Positions 15,470 to 23,703 are shown, numbered from the stretch's first letter. The stretch: DNA of 58,872 nt from a virus (IMGVR_UViG_3300033997_000206:1-58872); one strand, 5' to 3'. Made by a program: numbers and translations. Notes: a model not told the origin generated them from the letters alone.

Positions 15470-15517
15470 GCGGCCTGGGAGGGCCTCGGCAGTCCCTGAT
15501 CGGTGACTGCTTGAGGT

Positions 15518-15563
15518 GAAATTTAGCCTCAAGCTAAAATATCGTCAATAGCTCAGAGCTAAA
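15518..15563 (-). promoter_or_regulatory. PL promoter with operators OL1/OL2
   Basis: TTGACG-17-TAAATT on the minus strand, overlapped by TTTAGC-N5-GCTAAA (15522-15538) and AATAGC-N5-GCTAAA (15547-15563). Confidence 0.85.
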
Positions 15564-15629
15564 TTTTTTTCGCCGGGCGACAAACAGCCGGCTGAACCGT
15601 TTTGCCAGCGGATTCGCCTTTACGCTTCG

Positions 15630-15646
15630 TTTAGCACTGAGCTATG
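15630..15646. promoter_or_regulatory. Third operator-like site (OL3)
   Basis: TTTAGC-ACTGA-GCTATG. Confidence 0.6.
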
Positions 15647-15658
15647 ATTCCGATACAT

Positions 15659-15674
15659 CTGTACGGATATACAG
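15659..15674. promoter_or_regulatory. LexA (SOS) box
   Basis: CTGTACGGATATACAG fits CTGT-N8-ACAG, just upstream of 15690. Confidence 0.85.
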
Positions 15675-15689
15675 TAGCGGAGGTAGGAA

Positions 15690-16013
15690 ATGGCAGCAGT
15701 ACTCGAAGACACCTCAATGGCCGCGCGCCCCGAACTGACCGGCCTGGAGCGCCTGGGTTTGCGGGTATCTGCGATGATCAACTCGCCGCTGGCGCAGCTG
15801 GGGAGGAGGGTACTGATCCATCGCCTGGCCACGGACAGTGATCAGGACTGGGAGGCGATCATGGAGCTGCTGGCTGAGACTTACGGCTTGGATATGACTT
15901 TCTGTGATGACGGATCGGTGATCCTGCAATGGGAAAAGCCGGATGACAGCGACCAAGTGGTCGAGCGGGAGGAGATCGAGGAGGGTGGCGAGCCGGAAGT
16001 GGCTCCTTTCTGA
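15690..16013 (+). CDS. DUF1654-like protein, SOS-regulated
   Basis: LERLGLRVSAMINSPLAQ....V.IHRL..D....WE pattern; GGAGG RBS. Confidence 0.8.
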   Translation: MAAVLEDTSMAARPELTGLERLGLRVSAMINSPLAQLGRRVLIHRLATDSDQDWEAIMELLAETYGLDMTFCDDGSVILQWEKPDDSDQVVEREEIEEGGEPEVAPF

Positions 16014-16022
16014 TGCGCAATG

Positions 16023-16046
16023 AAAAGCCCGCCGAGGCGGGCTGCT
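16023..16046. terminator. Terminator between convergent genes
   Basis: AAAAGCCCGCC-GA-GGCGGGCT. Confidence 0.7.
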
Positions 16047-16634
16047 TCATTTGCTTTCTTGATGGGATGCAGGTGCCTGTGCTTCTGCCGACTTTGTCTG
16101 ATCTTTTCCGGCCTGGAAAACTGAAACGGTGGTAGACACTGCTGAGAGCACGTTTGCCTGGTTGGCAAAGTACGCCCCTACGACAATTGCCCCCACGGCA
16201 AGCAACTGAGCTATCACGCTCGCCCAGAAGTGCGTCTTAAGTGTTGCAGCCTCCTTGGCTGAGGCTTCTGCGCTGGTTGCGGCTTGCACCGACTGTTCTG
16301 CAAGCATCCTGAATTTCTGGCTCCATTCGTCCGAAAGCACGATAGATGAACCTAGGCGCTCATTGAGACGCTGGTCTCGCTCCGCCTGGATCGCCAGGAA
16401 TGCATCGATTTTGGCCGAAACAGCCTCGGCACGAGCCTCCATCTTGGCTTCGATGGTTTCGAGCTTGGCGTTGAATTCTTCGCGCGTGATGTCGTTCATG
16501 GGCCTAGCATGGCTTAAATCAGGGGAAGCGTCGAGAGCGTTCTCGGCGCCGCGCTTCTTCGTAGCAGAGGCGTCGTCGCCATCAGCAGGGTGAGTTTTTC
16601 TACCCCAGTGACCGCGGTCTACTACATCACCCAT
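16047..16634 (-). CDS. Coiled-coil protein with C-terminal TM helix (rexAB position)
   Basis: Helical N-part plus FWASVIAQLLAVGAIVVGAYF TM; starts at 16634 (overlapping the upstream gene) and/or 16499. Confidence 0.75.
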   Translation of the reverse strand: MGDVVDRGHWGRKTHPADGDDASATKKRGAENALDASPDLSHARPMNDITREEFNAKLETIEAKMEARAEAVSAKIDAFLAIQAERDQRLNERLGSSIVLSDEWSQKFRMLAEQSVQAATSAEASAKEAATLKTHFWASVIAQLLAVGAIVVGAYFANQANVLSAVSTTVSVFQAGKDQTKSAEAQAPASHQESK

Positions 16635-16959
16635 TTGATGACTCCGTCTGCTCATTAACCCAATCCCTTACCCGCTGAGCAGAGATAGACCTCATCGTTC
16701 CGCAATTGGCGCAGCTCATGACAACGTACAAGCGGAACAGTTTGCTGTGAGCATACGGCTTTTTGTAGAGCGTCATGCGCTCGGTAGCATCGCTATGGTC
16801 CTCAGCGTTGCCAGTATCTGCAAACCAGCCCTCATCCTTCCCGCAGTGTGGGCACACGGTGCTAGTAAACTTGGAATCCATGTACTTAATCATTTCGTCG
16901 TAGGTGATGAAGAATTTAGATTCCTCGAAGTCCTTGACTGATGATGAGTGATCGCTCAT
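16627..16959 (-). CDS. Zinc-ribbon protein (rexAB position)
   Basis: CPHCG ... CANCG; AAGGA RBS; directly downstream of cI. Confidence 0.8.
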   Translation of the reverse strand: MSDHSSSVKDFEESKFFITYDEMIKYMDSKFTSTVCPHCGKDEGWFADTGNAEDHSDATERMTLYKKPYAHSKLFRLYVVMSCANCGTMRSISAQRVRDWVNEQTESSNG

Positions 16960-17007
16960 TTCAAATCCTTAAATTCTCTGGCCGCCCTCGATATGACCCG
17001 CTTAAGC

Positions 17008-17835
17008 TCATACCAGGTGTGCATTCCACACTAGTAGCACCCTAGCCTGTATGTAGGTGTCCTCCCGCCGAATCATCCGATCCTTGTGCTTGCTGTTGTC
17101 CGAGATCATCTCGAAGTGATCCTCGTCAGCGATCTGTAGGCGTTTGATATAGAGGTGATCGCCCCAGGAGAACAGGTAGATCCCGTCGCCAACGAATTCG
17201 CGGATGCTTACGTCGACGATCAGTGGGTCTCGGTGTTTGATGGTGGGCTCCATCGACTGACCCCAGCCGGTGACCAGCTTCAGATGGAAGTGCTCGGTGA
17301 ACTCCACGCCGAGCTCGCGCAGGTGCCGCGGGCTGACGCGCACGTCCTGCAGCATTTCCGGGTAGTCCTGCACCGCCTGGCCGCCGCCCATGGCCGCGCG
17401 GATGTCGTAGTGCGCGATCCAGACCTCATCACCCACTAGGCCAGGGCGGGAGAAGTCGGCGGTGATCACGTTTGTGGCCGCTGGCTCCTCGGCTGCCGCC
17501 AGCAAGCGCTGCCGTGTCTCCTCCGGAATCCCCTTGCCGCTCTTCGCCAGCATCTGCTTGACCAGGTCGGATGCCGATTTTCCGCCGGCATCTAAGCCCG
17601 GCGCTGCCGCGCGCGGCTCTTCATCCGAAGGGATCGAGTCGAACCATCCGCGGGGCAGGCCTTCGATGCCCTCGATCCGCCGGGCCACATCGTCGCCCAG
17701 GTTCTTCGCGGTCTTGTCCGAAAGGATTTGGCTCAGGTGCGCAGGCGCCATCCCCCAGCGCTCGGCGCAGGCTCCCTTTCTTTGCCGGCCAATCAGCTTG
17801 ACCAGGTTGTGCTTGCGAATCTCGTAGATATCCAT
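17008..17835 (-). CDS. cI: CI-like repressor (HTH + S24 peptidase)
   Basis: HTH CAERWGMAPAHLSQI; GQSMEPTI and YIKRLQ (S/K dyad); no RBS and CATTCT 7 nt upstream suggest a leaderless mRNA. Confidence 0.93.
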   Translation of the reverse strand: MDIYEIRKHNLVKLIGRQRKGACAERWGMAPAHLSQILSDKTAKNLGDDVARRIEGIEGLPRGWFDSIPSDEEPRAAAPGLDAGGKSASDLVKQMLAKSGKGIPEETRQRLLAAAEEPAATNVITADFSRPGLVGDEVWIAHYDIRAAMGGGQAVQDYPEMLQDVRVSPRHLRELGVEFTEHFHLKLVTGWGQSMEPTIKHRDPLIVDVSIREFVGDGIYLFSWGDHLYIKRLQIADEDHFEMISDNSKHKDRMIRREDTYIQARVLLVWNAHLV

Positions 17836-17854
17836 GACGCGAAGAATGCCAGTG

Positions 17855-17922
17855 TTTAGCTGGCTGCTAAATGTGCGCAAAGCTAAATTCTCCTTGCTCT
17901 GAAATTAGCCGTGAGCTAAATT
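17855..17922. promoter_or_regulatory. OR operators with PR/PRM
   Basis: TTTAGC-N5-GCTAAA 17855-17871, degenerate site 17871-17887, ATTAGC-N5-GCTAAA 17904-17920; PR TTGCTC-17-TAAATT. Confidence 0.85.
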
Positions 17923-17948
17923 TCGTTCTATGTGTAAGGAGAACCCTC

Positions 17949-18185
17949 ATGAATGATCACCTCCGTGATTGGTTGGGCAGGGCCACGAATGAACGCCGGC
18001 AGCAGGTCGCAGCCGACGCGAAGACCACTGTGGGCCACCTGTGGCAGCTCGCAGGTGGTCACCGGAAGGCCTCTACCGAACTCGCCGAACGACTGCAGGA
18101 CGCCTCGGGCGGCGAGATCACGATCGCCGGTCTGCGCCCGGACCTCATCCCATTCGCCCGAAAAGCGCTGAAAGGCGCCGCGTAA
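17949..18185 (+). CDS. cro: Cro-like (YdaS-type) HTH protein
   Basis: Divergent from cI; TTVGHLWQLAGGHRKAS...LRPD; AAGGAG RBS. Confidence 0.88.
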   Translation: MNDHLRDWLGRATNERRQQVAADAKTTVGHLWQLAGGHRKASTELAERLQDASGGEITIAGLRPDLIPFARKALKGAA

Positions 18186-18215
18186 CCACCTTCAACAGCA
18201 AGGAGCAATCCCCGC

Positions 18216-18404
18216 ATGTATGCCAACCCCAAGCACCTGCATGACCGCGAGATCAAGGTCCGGGTCGACGAGGACACCTTCAACCTGATCCAGGCGCTGG
18301 CGACTTTTCACCGCACGCAGCGCGCTGTGCTGTGCCGTGAGCTGCTGGAGGCGCAGCTGGCTGCCCTGTCTTCGGAGACTACCGCTGAACAAGAAGTGGC
18401 CTGA
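18216..18404 (+). CDS. Ribbon-helix-helix-like regulator (CII position)
   Basis: EIKVRVDEDTFNLIQALA......AVLCRELL; AAGGAG RBS. Confidence 0.75.
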   Translation: MYANPKHLHDREIKVRVDEDTFNLIQALATFHRTQRAVLCRELLEAQLAALSSETTAEQEVA

Positions 18405-18422
18405 AGGCCCGGAGGAGGGCCC

Positions 18423-18602
18423 ATGCCTACTGAACAGGTCGGCCTGGACCAGGGATTGATGGAGCAGCTCGAGCGAGAGGCGGAACGACGGGGTATGACC
18501 CCTGGTGCGCTGGCGGCCGAGCTGATCCGTCGAGAACTGGCCATCCGAACAAAACCCCGAAATCCACGGGGTTCAGTGACGCCGTTCCATCGACGGCCCT
18601 GA
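18423..18602 (+). CDS. Small RHH/CopG-like protein
   Basis: Own translation MPTEQVGLDQGLMEQLEREAERRGMTPGALAAELIRREL...; GGAGG RBS. Confidence 0.7.
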   Translation: MPTEQVGLDQGLMEQLEREAERRGMTPGALAAELIRRELAIRTKPRNPRGSVTPFHRRP

Positions 18603-18688
18603 CCAGGGCCTGATAAGCCCGAATTGCGGGCACAAAAAAGCCGGGATTGCGGCCCGGCTTCTTCAACTGCATATGACTGGAGTCGATT

Positions 18689-19498
18689 ATGCACACCCAC
18701 CAACACGATGTACAGGCCCTGCCCAGGCCCGCGCCACAAAATGCTGGCGGTGATTTCGTGGCGCGCACGATGTCTTCGAGAGAGCTTGCGAGTCTGACCG
18801 GCAAGAGGCACGACAACGTTAGGCGCGACATCCTCGCGATGCTCAGTGACCTTGGGGCTGATGTCCTCAAATTTGAGGACATTTACCTGGATGGTCGCAA
18901 TCGCCGGCAAACCCAGTACCTCCTAGATCGCGAGCATACCGACTGTTTGCTTGCAGGCTACAGCGCACCGCTGCGAATGAAGGTGATCCGTCGCTGGCGC
19001 GAATTGGAAGAGCGCGATCTGGCCAGGGCTGCTACCGGAACCACCGGCACTAAAGTCATCGGCGAGATCGCCATCATGGAGTGCTTCACTCGATTGCTGA
19101 AGCCAGCTCCATCCAGCCAGTTGGCGATGCTCGCCAAGATCGCCGAGAACAACGGGCTCGATCCGCAATTCCTACCAAGCTATGCCATCGATTCCCCACC
19201 AGATGCGACCGGCGGGAGCTCAATGCCAACCATGGCTGTGACAGCTCTGCTCAAGCGCCACGGAGTGAACACGTCGGCCCCTGCCTTCAACCGTGCCCTG
19301 GCCGGGCTTGGCTTCCTCCAGGCTCGAACCCGGCAGAACAGCAAGCGCGAACCTGTGTGCTTCTGGTCCGTGACTGATAAGGGCCTGCGCTACGGCAAGA
19401 ACATCACCAGCCCTCAGTGCCCGAGAGAAACGCAGCCGCACTGGTACATCGATCGTTTCGAAGAACTCGTCGACCTGGTCGGCGTGGGAGCCAAGTAA
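18689..19498 (+). CDS. Rha-family regulator with antirepressor-like C-terminus
   Basis: TMSSRELASLTGKRHDNVRRDI, GYSAPLRMKVIRRWRELE; C-terminal FNRAL...G....VTDKG..YG. Confidence 0.88.
   Translation: MHTHQHDVQALPRPAPQNAGGDFVARTMSSRELASLTGKRHDNVRRDILAMLSDLGADVLKFEDIYLDGRNRRQTQYLLDREHTDCLLAGYSAPLRMKVIRRWRELEERDLARAATGTTGTKVIGEIAIMECFTRLLKPAPSSQLAMLAKIAENNGLDPQFLPSYAIDSPPDATGGSSMPTMAVTALLKRHGVNTSAPAFNRALAGLGFLQARTRQNSKREPVCFWSVTDKGLRYGKNITSPQCPRETQPHWYIDRFEELVDLVGVGAK
18730..18765. repeat. Palindromic motif copy B
   Basis: CGCGCCACAAAAT-N10-ATTTCGTGGCGCG. Confidence 0.8.
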
Positions 19499-20277
19499 TG
19501 GCCGGAGACTGGATCAAAATGCGCGTAGATCTTCAGACGCATCCGAAAGTTTTCCGCATGGTGTCCGCATTGCGTGCGGACAGATTGCGGGTGATCGGCG
19601 GACTGCATGTCGCTTGGAGCATCTTTGACACCCATTCAGCTGATGGAGTGCTGCATGGGTACACCACCGATGCCATGGATGCCGTGATCGGCTGGCCGGG
19701 CTTCACCCAGGCCATGGTTGATGTCGAATGGGCAGATATCGATGAGGAGGGAAGCCTTGTCATGCCTCGCTTTGACGAGCACAACGGGGCCAGCGCGAAG
19801 CGTCGAGCAAACGATAGCGAGCGCAAGCGGGTTTCTCGAAAGGCTGATTCTGTCCGCAATTTGTCCGCAGACGATGCGGACAAATTGCGGACCAGAGAAG
19901 AGAAGAGAAGAGAAGATAAAGAACAAGATCAAAAGACTTCGTCATCGGGCGATGACGGCGACCTGTTTATTCGGTTCTGGAAGCTCTATCCGCGGAAGGT
20001 GGGCAAGGCCAATGCTGAGAAGGCTTGGTCGAAGCTGAAAGTCGACGCCGACCTGTTCGAACGTATGGCTGGCGCGCTGGCTGCCTGGGCGGCTTCGCCG
20101 GACTGGACCAAGGACGGCGGCCAATTCATCCCGCACCCGGCCACTTGGCTGAACGGCAAGCGCTGGGATGACGAGCTGCCGGCGCCAGGCAATGTCCATC
20201 CGTTCCCACCCCGGCGACAGGCCAATGGTCCCGACTTCAACGACACGACATGGGCCGATGACTTGGGGGCGCTATGA
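19498..20277 (+). CDS. Replication initiator (O-like)
   Basis: MAGDWIKMR N-terminus; FWKLYPRKVGK..A.KAW and PHPATWLNGKRWDDE C-terminal domain; carries iterons. Confidence 0.88.
   Translation: MAGDWIKMRVDLQTHPKVFRMVSALRADRLRVIGGLHVAWSIFDTHSADGVLHGYTTDAMDAVIGWPGFTQAMVDVEWADIDEEGSLVMPRFDEHNGASAKRRANDSERKRVSRKADSVRNLSADDADKLRTREEKRREDKEQDQKTSSSGDDGDLFIRFWKLYPRKVGKANAEKAWSKLKVDADLFERMAGALAAWAASPDWTKDGGQFIPHPATWLNGKRWDDELPAPGNVHPFPPRRQANGPDFNDTTWADDLGAL
19851..19920. repeat. Putative replication origin (iterons + purine tract)
   Basis: GTCCGCAATTTGTCCGCA / TGCGGACAAATTGCGGAC inverted iterons followed by (AGAAG)n; more TCCGCA/TGCGGA units at 19553-19590. Confidence 0.75.
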
Positions 20278-21035
20278 GCACGCCGAGCGCTCCTAACAGC
20301 GTCACGCAGATCATGGCCACGGCCCGCAATCTGCCCGCCGAGTTGCAGGCCCCGGCCAAGCAACTCGACCCGGGCACCACCGAAGTGGTTAACGCCCTGT
20401 TCAAGGAGCTGCAGGCCATCTTCCCAGCGTGGAAGCAGGCCTGGCCCGACGATGACGCGCTGAAGGCTGCCAAGCGCAGCTGGATCAAGTCCTTCGTCGC
20501 CGCGGGCATCAACACGCTCGAGCAGATCCGCTTCGGCATCCAGAAGTGCCGGGTGCTGGGTACCGACTTCGCCCCGAGCAGCGGCAAGTTCATCAAGCTG
20601 TGCCAGCCGACCCCGGAAGAGATGGGCATTCCGCCGCTTGCGAGGGCCCTGGCAGAGGCGCTGGAGAATTTCCACCCTAGCAGGGCAGGTTCCCGCACCT
20701 GGTCGCACGCAGCGGTGCGCCACGCTGCCCTGCAGTGCGAGGCGCAGAACCTGGGGTCGATGGAGGTGGAGCGGGCCGAGAAGGTGTTCGCCCGGGCCTA
20801 CGACATCACGATCCGCATGCTGGTCGCCGGCGAGCCCTTGGGCGACATCGCCACTGGCATCGGCCACGACAGCCAGAAGAGCCTGGCCCAGCTCGCCGAC
20901 GAGTACGCCGCACAGCGCCAGGTGCGGCTGCTGGAGATCCAGCAGATCCCAACCAGCGCCGCCCAGTGCCGCGCACACCTGCTGGCCAAGTTGAACATCA
21001 AGCGCGCCGGGCAGCCGGCCGGGGAGGGGGTATGA
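20274..21035 (+). CDS. Replication protein P-like helicase loader
   Basis: VNALFKELQAIFPAWKQAW...AKRSW...F.PS.G.FI..C; follows O. Confidence 0.85.
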   Translation: MSTPSAPNSVTQIMATARNLPAELQAPAKQLDPGTTEVVNALFKELQAIFPAWKQAWPDDDALKAAKRSWIKSFVAAGINTLEQIRFGIQKCRVLGTDFAPSSGKFIKLCQPTPEEMGIPPLARALAEALENFHPSRAGSRTWSHAAVRHAALQCEAQNLGSMEVERAEKVFARAYDITIRMLVAGEPLGDIATGIGHDSQKSLAQLADEYAAQRQVRLLEIQQIPTSAAQCRAHLLAKLNIKRAGQPAGEGV

Positions 21036-21204
21036 AGAGTGAAGTCTTGAGCAGGAAAACTGATCGGCCTCTCACCCGCGATGACACTTTTCCGCAAGGT
21101 TTCCGCGGGCTTGAGGCCGGTGCGCGAGATTTTATAAATCTGAAAAGTGTTGATCAAGAGGTCTGCATGGCTGAGTTAACCGTTCGCTTGGAAGGAGACC
21201 GTCC

Positions 21205-21423
21205 ATGACCATCGACAAGCAAAAGCTCCAGCCCCTGCTGTGGTCGGTAGTCGCCTCCTGGCGCGCCGGCAGTGACGCTCTCGAGCGCCACACGGACGCC
21301 CTGGACGAGTTCCTCGGCGAGACAACGGTGGAGGAGGTCGCGCTGGGCCTGCTGGACGAGATCAGCCAGCTCACCGCCCGGGTGCGTGCCGCGGAGAAGC
21401 AGCTGCAGGAGGTGGCGGTATGA
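21205..21423 (+). CDS. Hypothetical protein
   Basis: AAGGAG RBS; ATGA coupling downstream. Confidence 0.7.
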   Translation: MTIDKQKLQPLLWSVVASWRAGSDALERHTDALDEFLGETTVEEVALGLLDEISQLTARVRAAEKQLQEVAV

Positions 21424-21890
21424 CGGAGAAGATCAGCGTCAACTGCCAGGCAAAGCTCTCCGAGGCCGTGACCATGCTCACCCGCCTGTTCCGCGACAAG
21501 AAGTTCGTCGTCGTCAGCATGCGCCCGGGCAAGGACCGCACCCTGGACCAGAACGCTCTGTGGTTCGCCATGTACGACCGCATCGCCAAGAGCACCGAGA
21601 TGGGCGACATCGAGGACGTGCGCCGGTACTGCAAGCTGCACTTTGGCGTGCCGATCATGCGCGCGGGCTGCGAGGAGTTCCGTACAGGATGGGCCGAGTC
21701 GTTCATCCACCTGCCGTATGAGGTGAAGCTTCGCCTGATGGGGCCGTGCGCCATGTTCGGGCCGGATGGCTTCCCGGTCAGCCGGCTGTTCGACCGGGCC
21801 CAGGGCTGCCAGTACACCGACCGCATCGTGGCTGAGTTCGCGCCGCAGGGCGTGGTCTTCAGCGACCTGCTGAGCGAGGAAGCGGCATGA
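21420..21890 (+). CDS. ninB: NinB-like protein
   Basis: RTLDQNALWFAMY..IA motif; nin-region position. Confidence 0.7.
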   Translation: MTEKISVNCQAKLSEAVTMLTRLFRDKKFVVVSMRPGKDRTLDQNALWFAMYDRIAKSTEMGDIEDVRRYCKLHFGVPIMRAGCEEFRTGWAESFIHLPYEVKLRLMGPCAMFGPDGFPVSRLFDRAQGCQYTDRIVAEFAPQGVVFSDLLSEEAA

Positions 21891-22135
21891 GCGACGGACT
21901 TGGAATCACAACACAAACCACCGTGTTCCTGTCGGCAGATAAGGTCGTGAAGGAGATGGACGCAGAGGACATCGGATCGTTCTGCTCCGCCGTGGCTCAG
22001 CGCCTGGACCAGGAGTATGCGGGGCGCGCTGGTGCGGCAGCGGACTTCGCAAGCGGCTTGAGTGAAATGGGCTGCCGGTTCCTAGCCGAGGTGGTCACGA
22101 GCTTCTACCAGCGCCAGAAACGGGAGGAACGCTGA
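21887..22135 (+). CDS. Hypothetical protein
   Basis: Coupled at both ends. Confidence 0.7.
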   Translation: MSDGLGITTQTTVFLSADKVVKEMDAEDIGSFCSAVAQRLDQEYAGRAGAAADFASGLSEMGCRFLAEVVTSFYQRQKREER

Positions 22136-22737
22136 TGCTCGCCAAGGAGATCAAGCCCAAAAAGTGCAAGGCTCCAGGTTGCGGCAAGCACTTCAAGCCG
22201 ACCATGACCACGCAGAAGGTGTGCAGCATCGCCTGTGCCAAGGCCATGGCCAAGGATCCCACGTTGCAGAAGATCGCGGCGAAGGCCATCACCAAGCAGG
22301 CCCGCCAGGACCTGCAGGAGCGCCGGGAGAAGCTGAAGACCCGCCGCGAGCACATGGCCGAGGCGCAGACAGCGTTCAACGCCTACATCCGCGAGCGCGA
22401 CGCCGGCCTGCCGTGCATCAGCTGCGACTCGAACCCGAGCGACCACGACCTCATCACCGGCAGCCGCTGGGATGCCGGCCACTACCGGTCGGTGGGTGCC
22501 TGCCCGGAACTCCGGTTCGAGCCGCTCAACGTCCACCGCCAATGCGTGAAGTGCAACCGGAACCTCTCGGGCAACGCGGTCGAGTACCGCATCCGGTTGG
22601 TGAAGCGCATCGGCGCCGACCAGGTTGATTGGCTCGAAGGGCCTCATAAGCCCCAGCGCCTGACCATCGAAGATCTGCAGGCCATCAAGGCCCTGTACAG
22701 GCAAAAACTCAAAGACCTACGGAGGGCAGCAGCATGA
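22135..22737 (+). CDS. ninG: NinG/Rap junction endonuclease
   Basis: FNAYIRERD..LPCISC, DAGHYRSVGA.PELRF...NVHRQC..CN. Confidence 0.93.
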   Translation: MLAKEIKPKKCKAPGCGKHFKPTMTTQKVCSIACAKAMAKDPTLQKIAAKAITKQARQDLQERREKLKTRREHMAEAQTAFNAYIRERDAGLPCISCDSNPSDHDLITGSRWDAGHYRSVGACPELRFEPLNVHRQCVKCNRNLSGNAVEYRIRLVKRIGADQVDWLEGPHKPQRLTIEDLQAIKALYRQKLKDLRRAAA

Positions 22738-23423
22738 AGTACCAGAACGTGATGTCCGCGGTAGTGCGCGCGCTGGCCGCCGATACCATGACCGGCGCCG
22801 GCGGTTGCGACTTCGAGCCGAAGGTCCAGGCCTCGAAGCTCAAGGGCGAGATCACCGGCAAGGATGCAGCCATGCTGGTGGATTGCTGGGTGCACGCCCG
22901 CCTGCACAGCAAGCTGATCCCGCGGCACTGGAATGCGCTGACGGCCAGGTTCTCGACCCACAAGGCCAAGAAGGTGGAAGCCATCGGCAAGCTGGTGCCG
23001 CTGATCGCGACACAGGCGCCGAACCTGTTCCGGTACAAGGCAGTCACTGCCTGGGCCATCCCGCCAGTGAGGGGCGTGCAGGCGCAGTCTGGGCATGAGG
23101 TGGCCAGCCGGGCGGCCCGTGAGCGCGCAGAGTTCGACTCGCTGCATGCAGGCGTGACCAAGCACCTGGCGGGCGGAGAGATGCCTGAGGAGGCGGGCCA
23201 GGCGCGCCGCGAGCAGTACGTGAAGCGCTCCACCGACATGATTGTGCTGCCGGCCGAGTTCTACGACATCAACACCTGGGACGGCCAGGGCCTGAATCGG
23301 ACCACCTACTGGCGGTGGAAGAAGGCTATCGAGAGCGTGCTGGATGAGATGGTGGCCGAGGCCCTAGTGGCCGCCGGCAAGATCCTGGAGGACGAAGGCA
23401 TCTTGATGGCAGATGCCGCTTGA
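22734..23423 (+). CDS. Putative late-gene regulator (Q position)
   Basis: Last nin-region gene, immediately followed by a strong promoter and terminator; RTTYWRWKK HTH-like end; function inferred from position. Confidence 0.65.
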   Translation: MKYQNVMSAVVRALAADTMTGAGGCDFEPKVQASKLKGEITGKDAAMLVDCWVHARLHSKLIPRHWNALTARFSTHKAKKVEAIGKLVPLIATQAPNLFRYKAVTAWAIPPVRGVQAQSGHEVASRAARERAEFDSLHAGVTKHLAGGEMPEEAGQARREQYVKRSTDMIVLPAEFYDINTWDGQGLNRTTYWRWKKAIESVLDEMVAEALVAAGKILEDEGILMADAA

Positions 23424-23448
23424 CACTCGTGCAACGATGCAACATTAT
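23420..23448 (+). promoter_or_regulatory. Late promoter (pR'-like)
   Basis: TTGACA-17-CATTAT overlapping the stop codon; TGCAAC repeated in the spacer. Confidence 0.75.
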
Positions 23449-23491
23449 TTGCTCATCCTGTCATTCCTGCGCGTGTTGAGGAGTGATGCAC

Positions 23492-23522
23492 AAAGCCCGG
23501 CCATCGCGTCGGGCTTTTTGTT
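23492..23522 (+). terminator. tR'-like terminator
   Basis: AAAGCCCGGC-CATC-GCGTCGGGCTTTTTG. Confidence 0.75.
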
Positions 23523-23703
23523 GCTCGTAGGAAAGCGCTTGGACTCGTCTAGCACGGGTCTTTCACGCATATAAAGCGCAGATCGTCATTTCGGCCAAGC
23601 TTCGCGCCATAGACGCCAAAAAAAATGTTTCAGGGTGTTGAACGTTTTGATGTCACTTTGCTTCTGATAGTTTGCTTACAAACAACCATGGAAGACCGTG
23701 ATT

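Noticed and set aside
13822-15510. CRISPR-like mini-array
   Set aside because: The units share structure rather than identical sequence, the intervening segments are ORFs of variable length, and there are no cas genes
19894-19916. (AGAAG)n microsatellite as a phase-variation tract
   Set aside because: It is the purine-rich tract expected beside iterons in lambdoid O genes, and the reading frame is intact
21032-21208. 58-aa ORF MKSEVLSRK between P and 21205
   Set aside because: Overlap-coupled, but its sequence is dominated by inverted repeats and has no motif; left uncalled
23550-23566. ColR-type box upstream of pagL
   Set aside because: Only a partial match (several mismatches) to the consensus as I recall it
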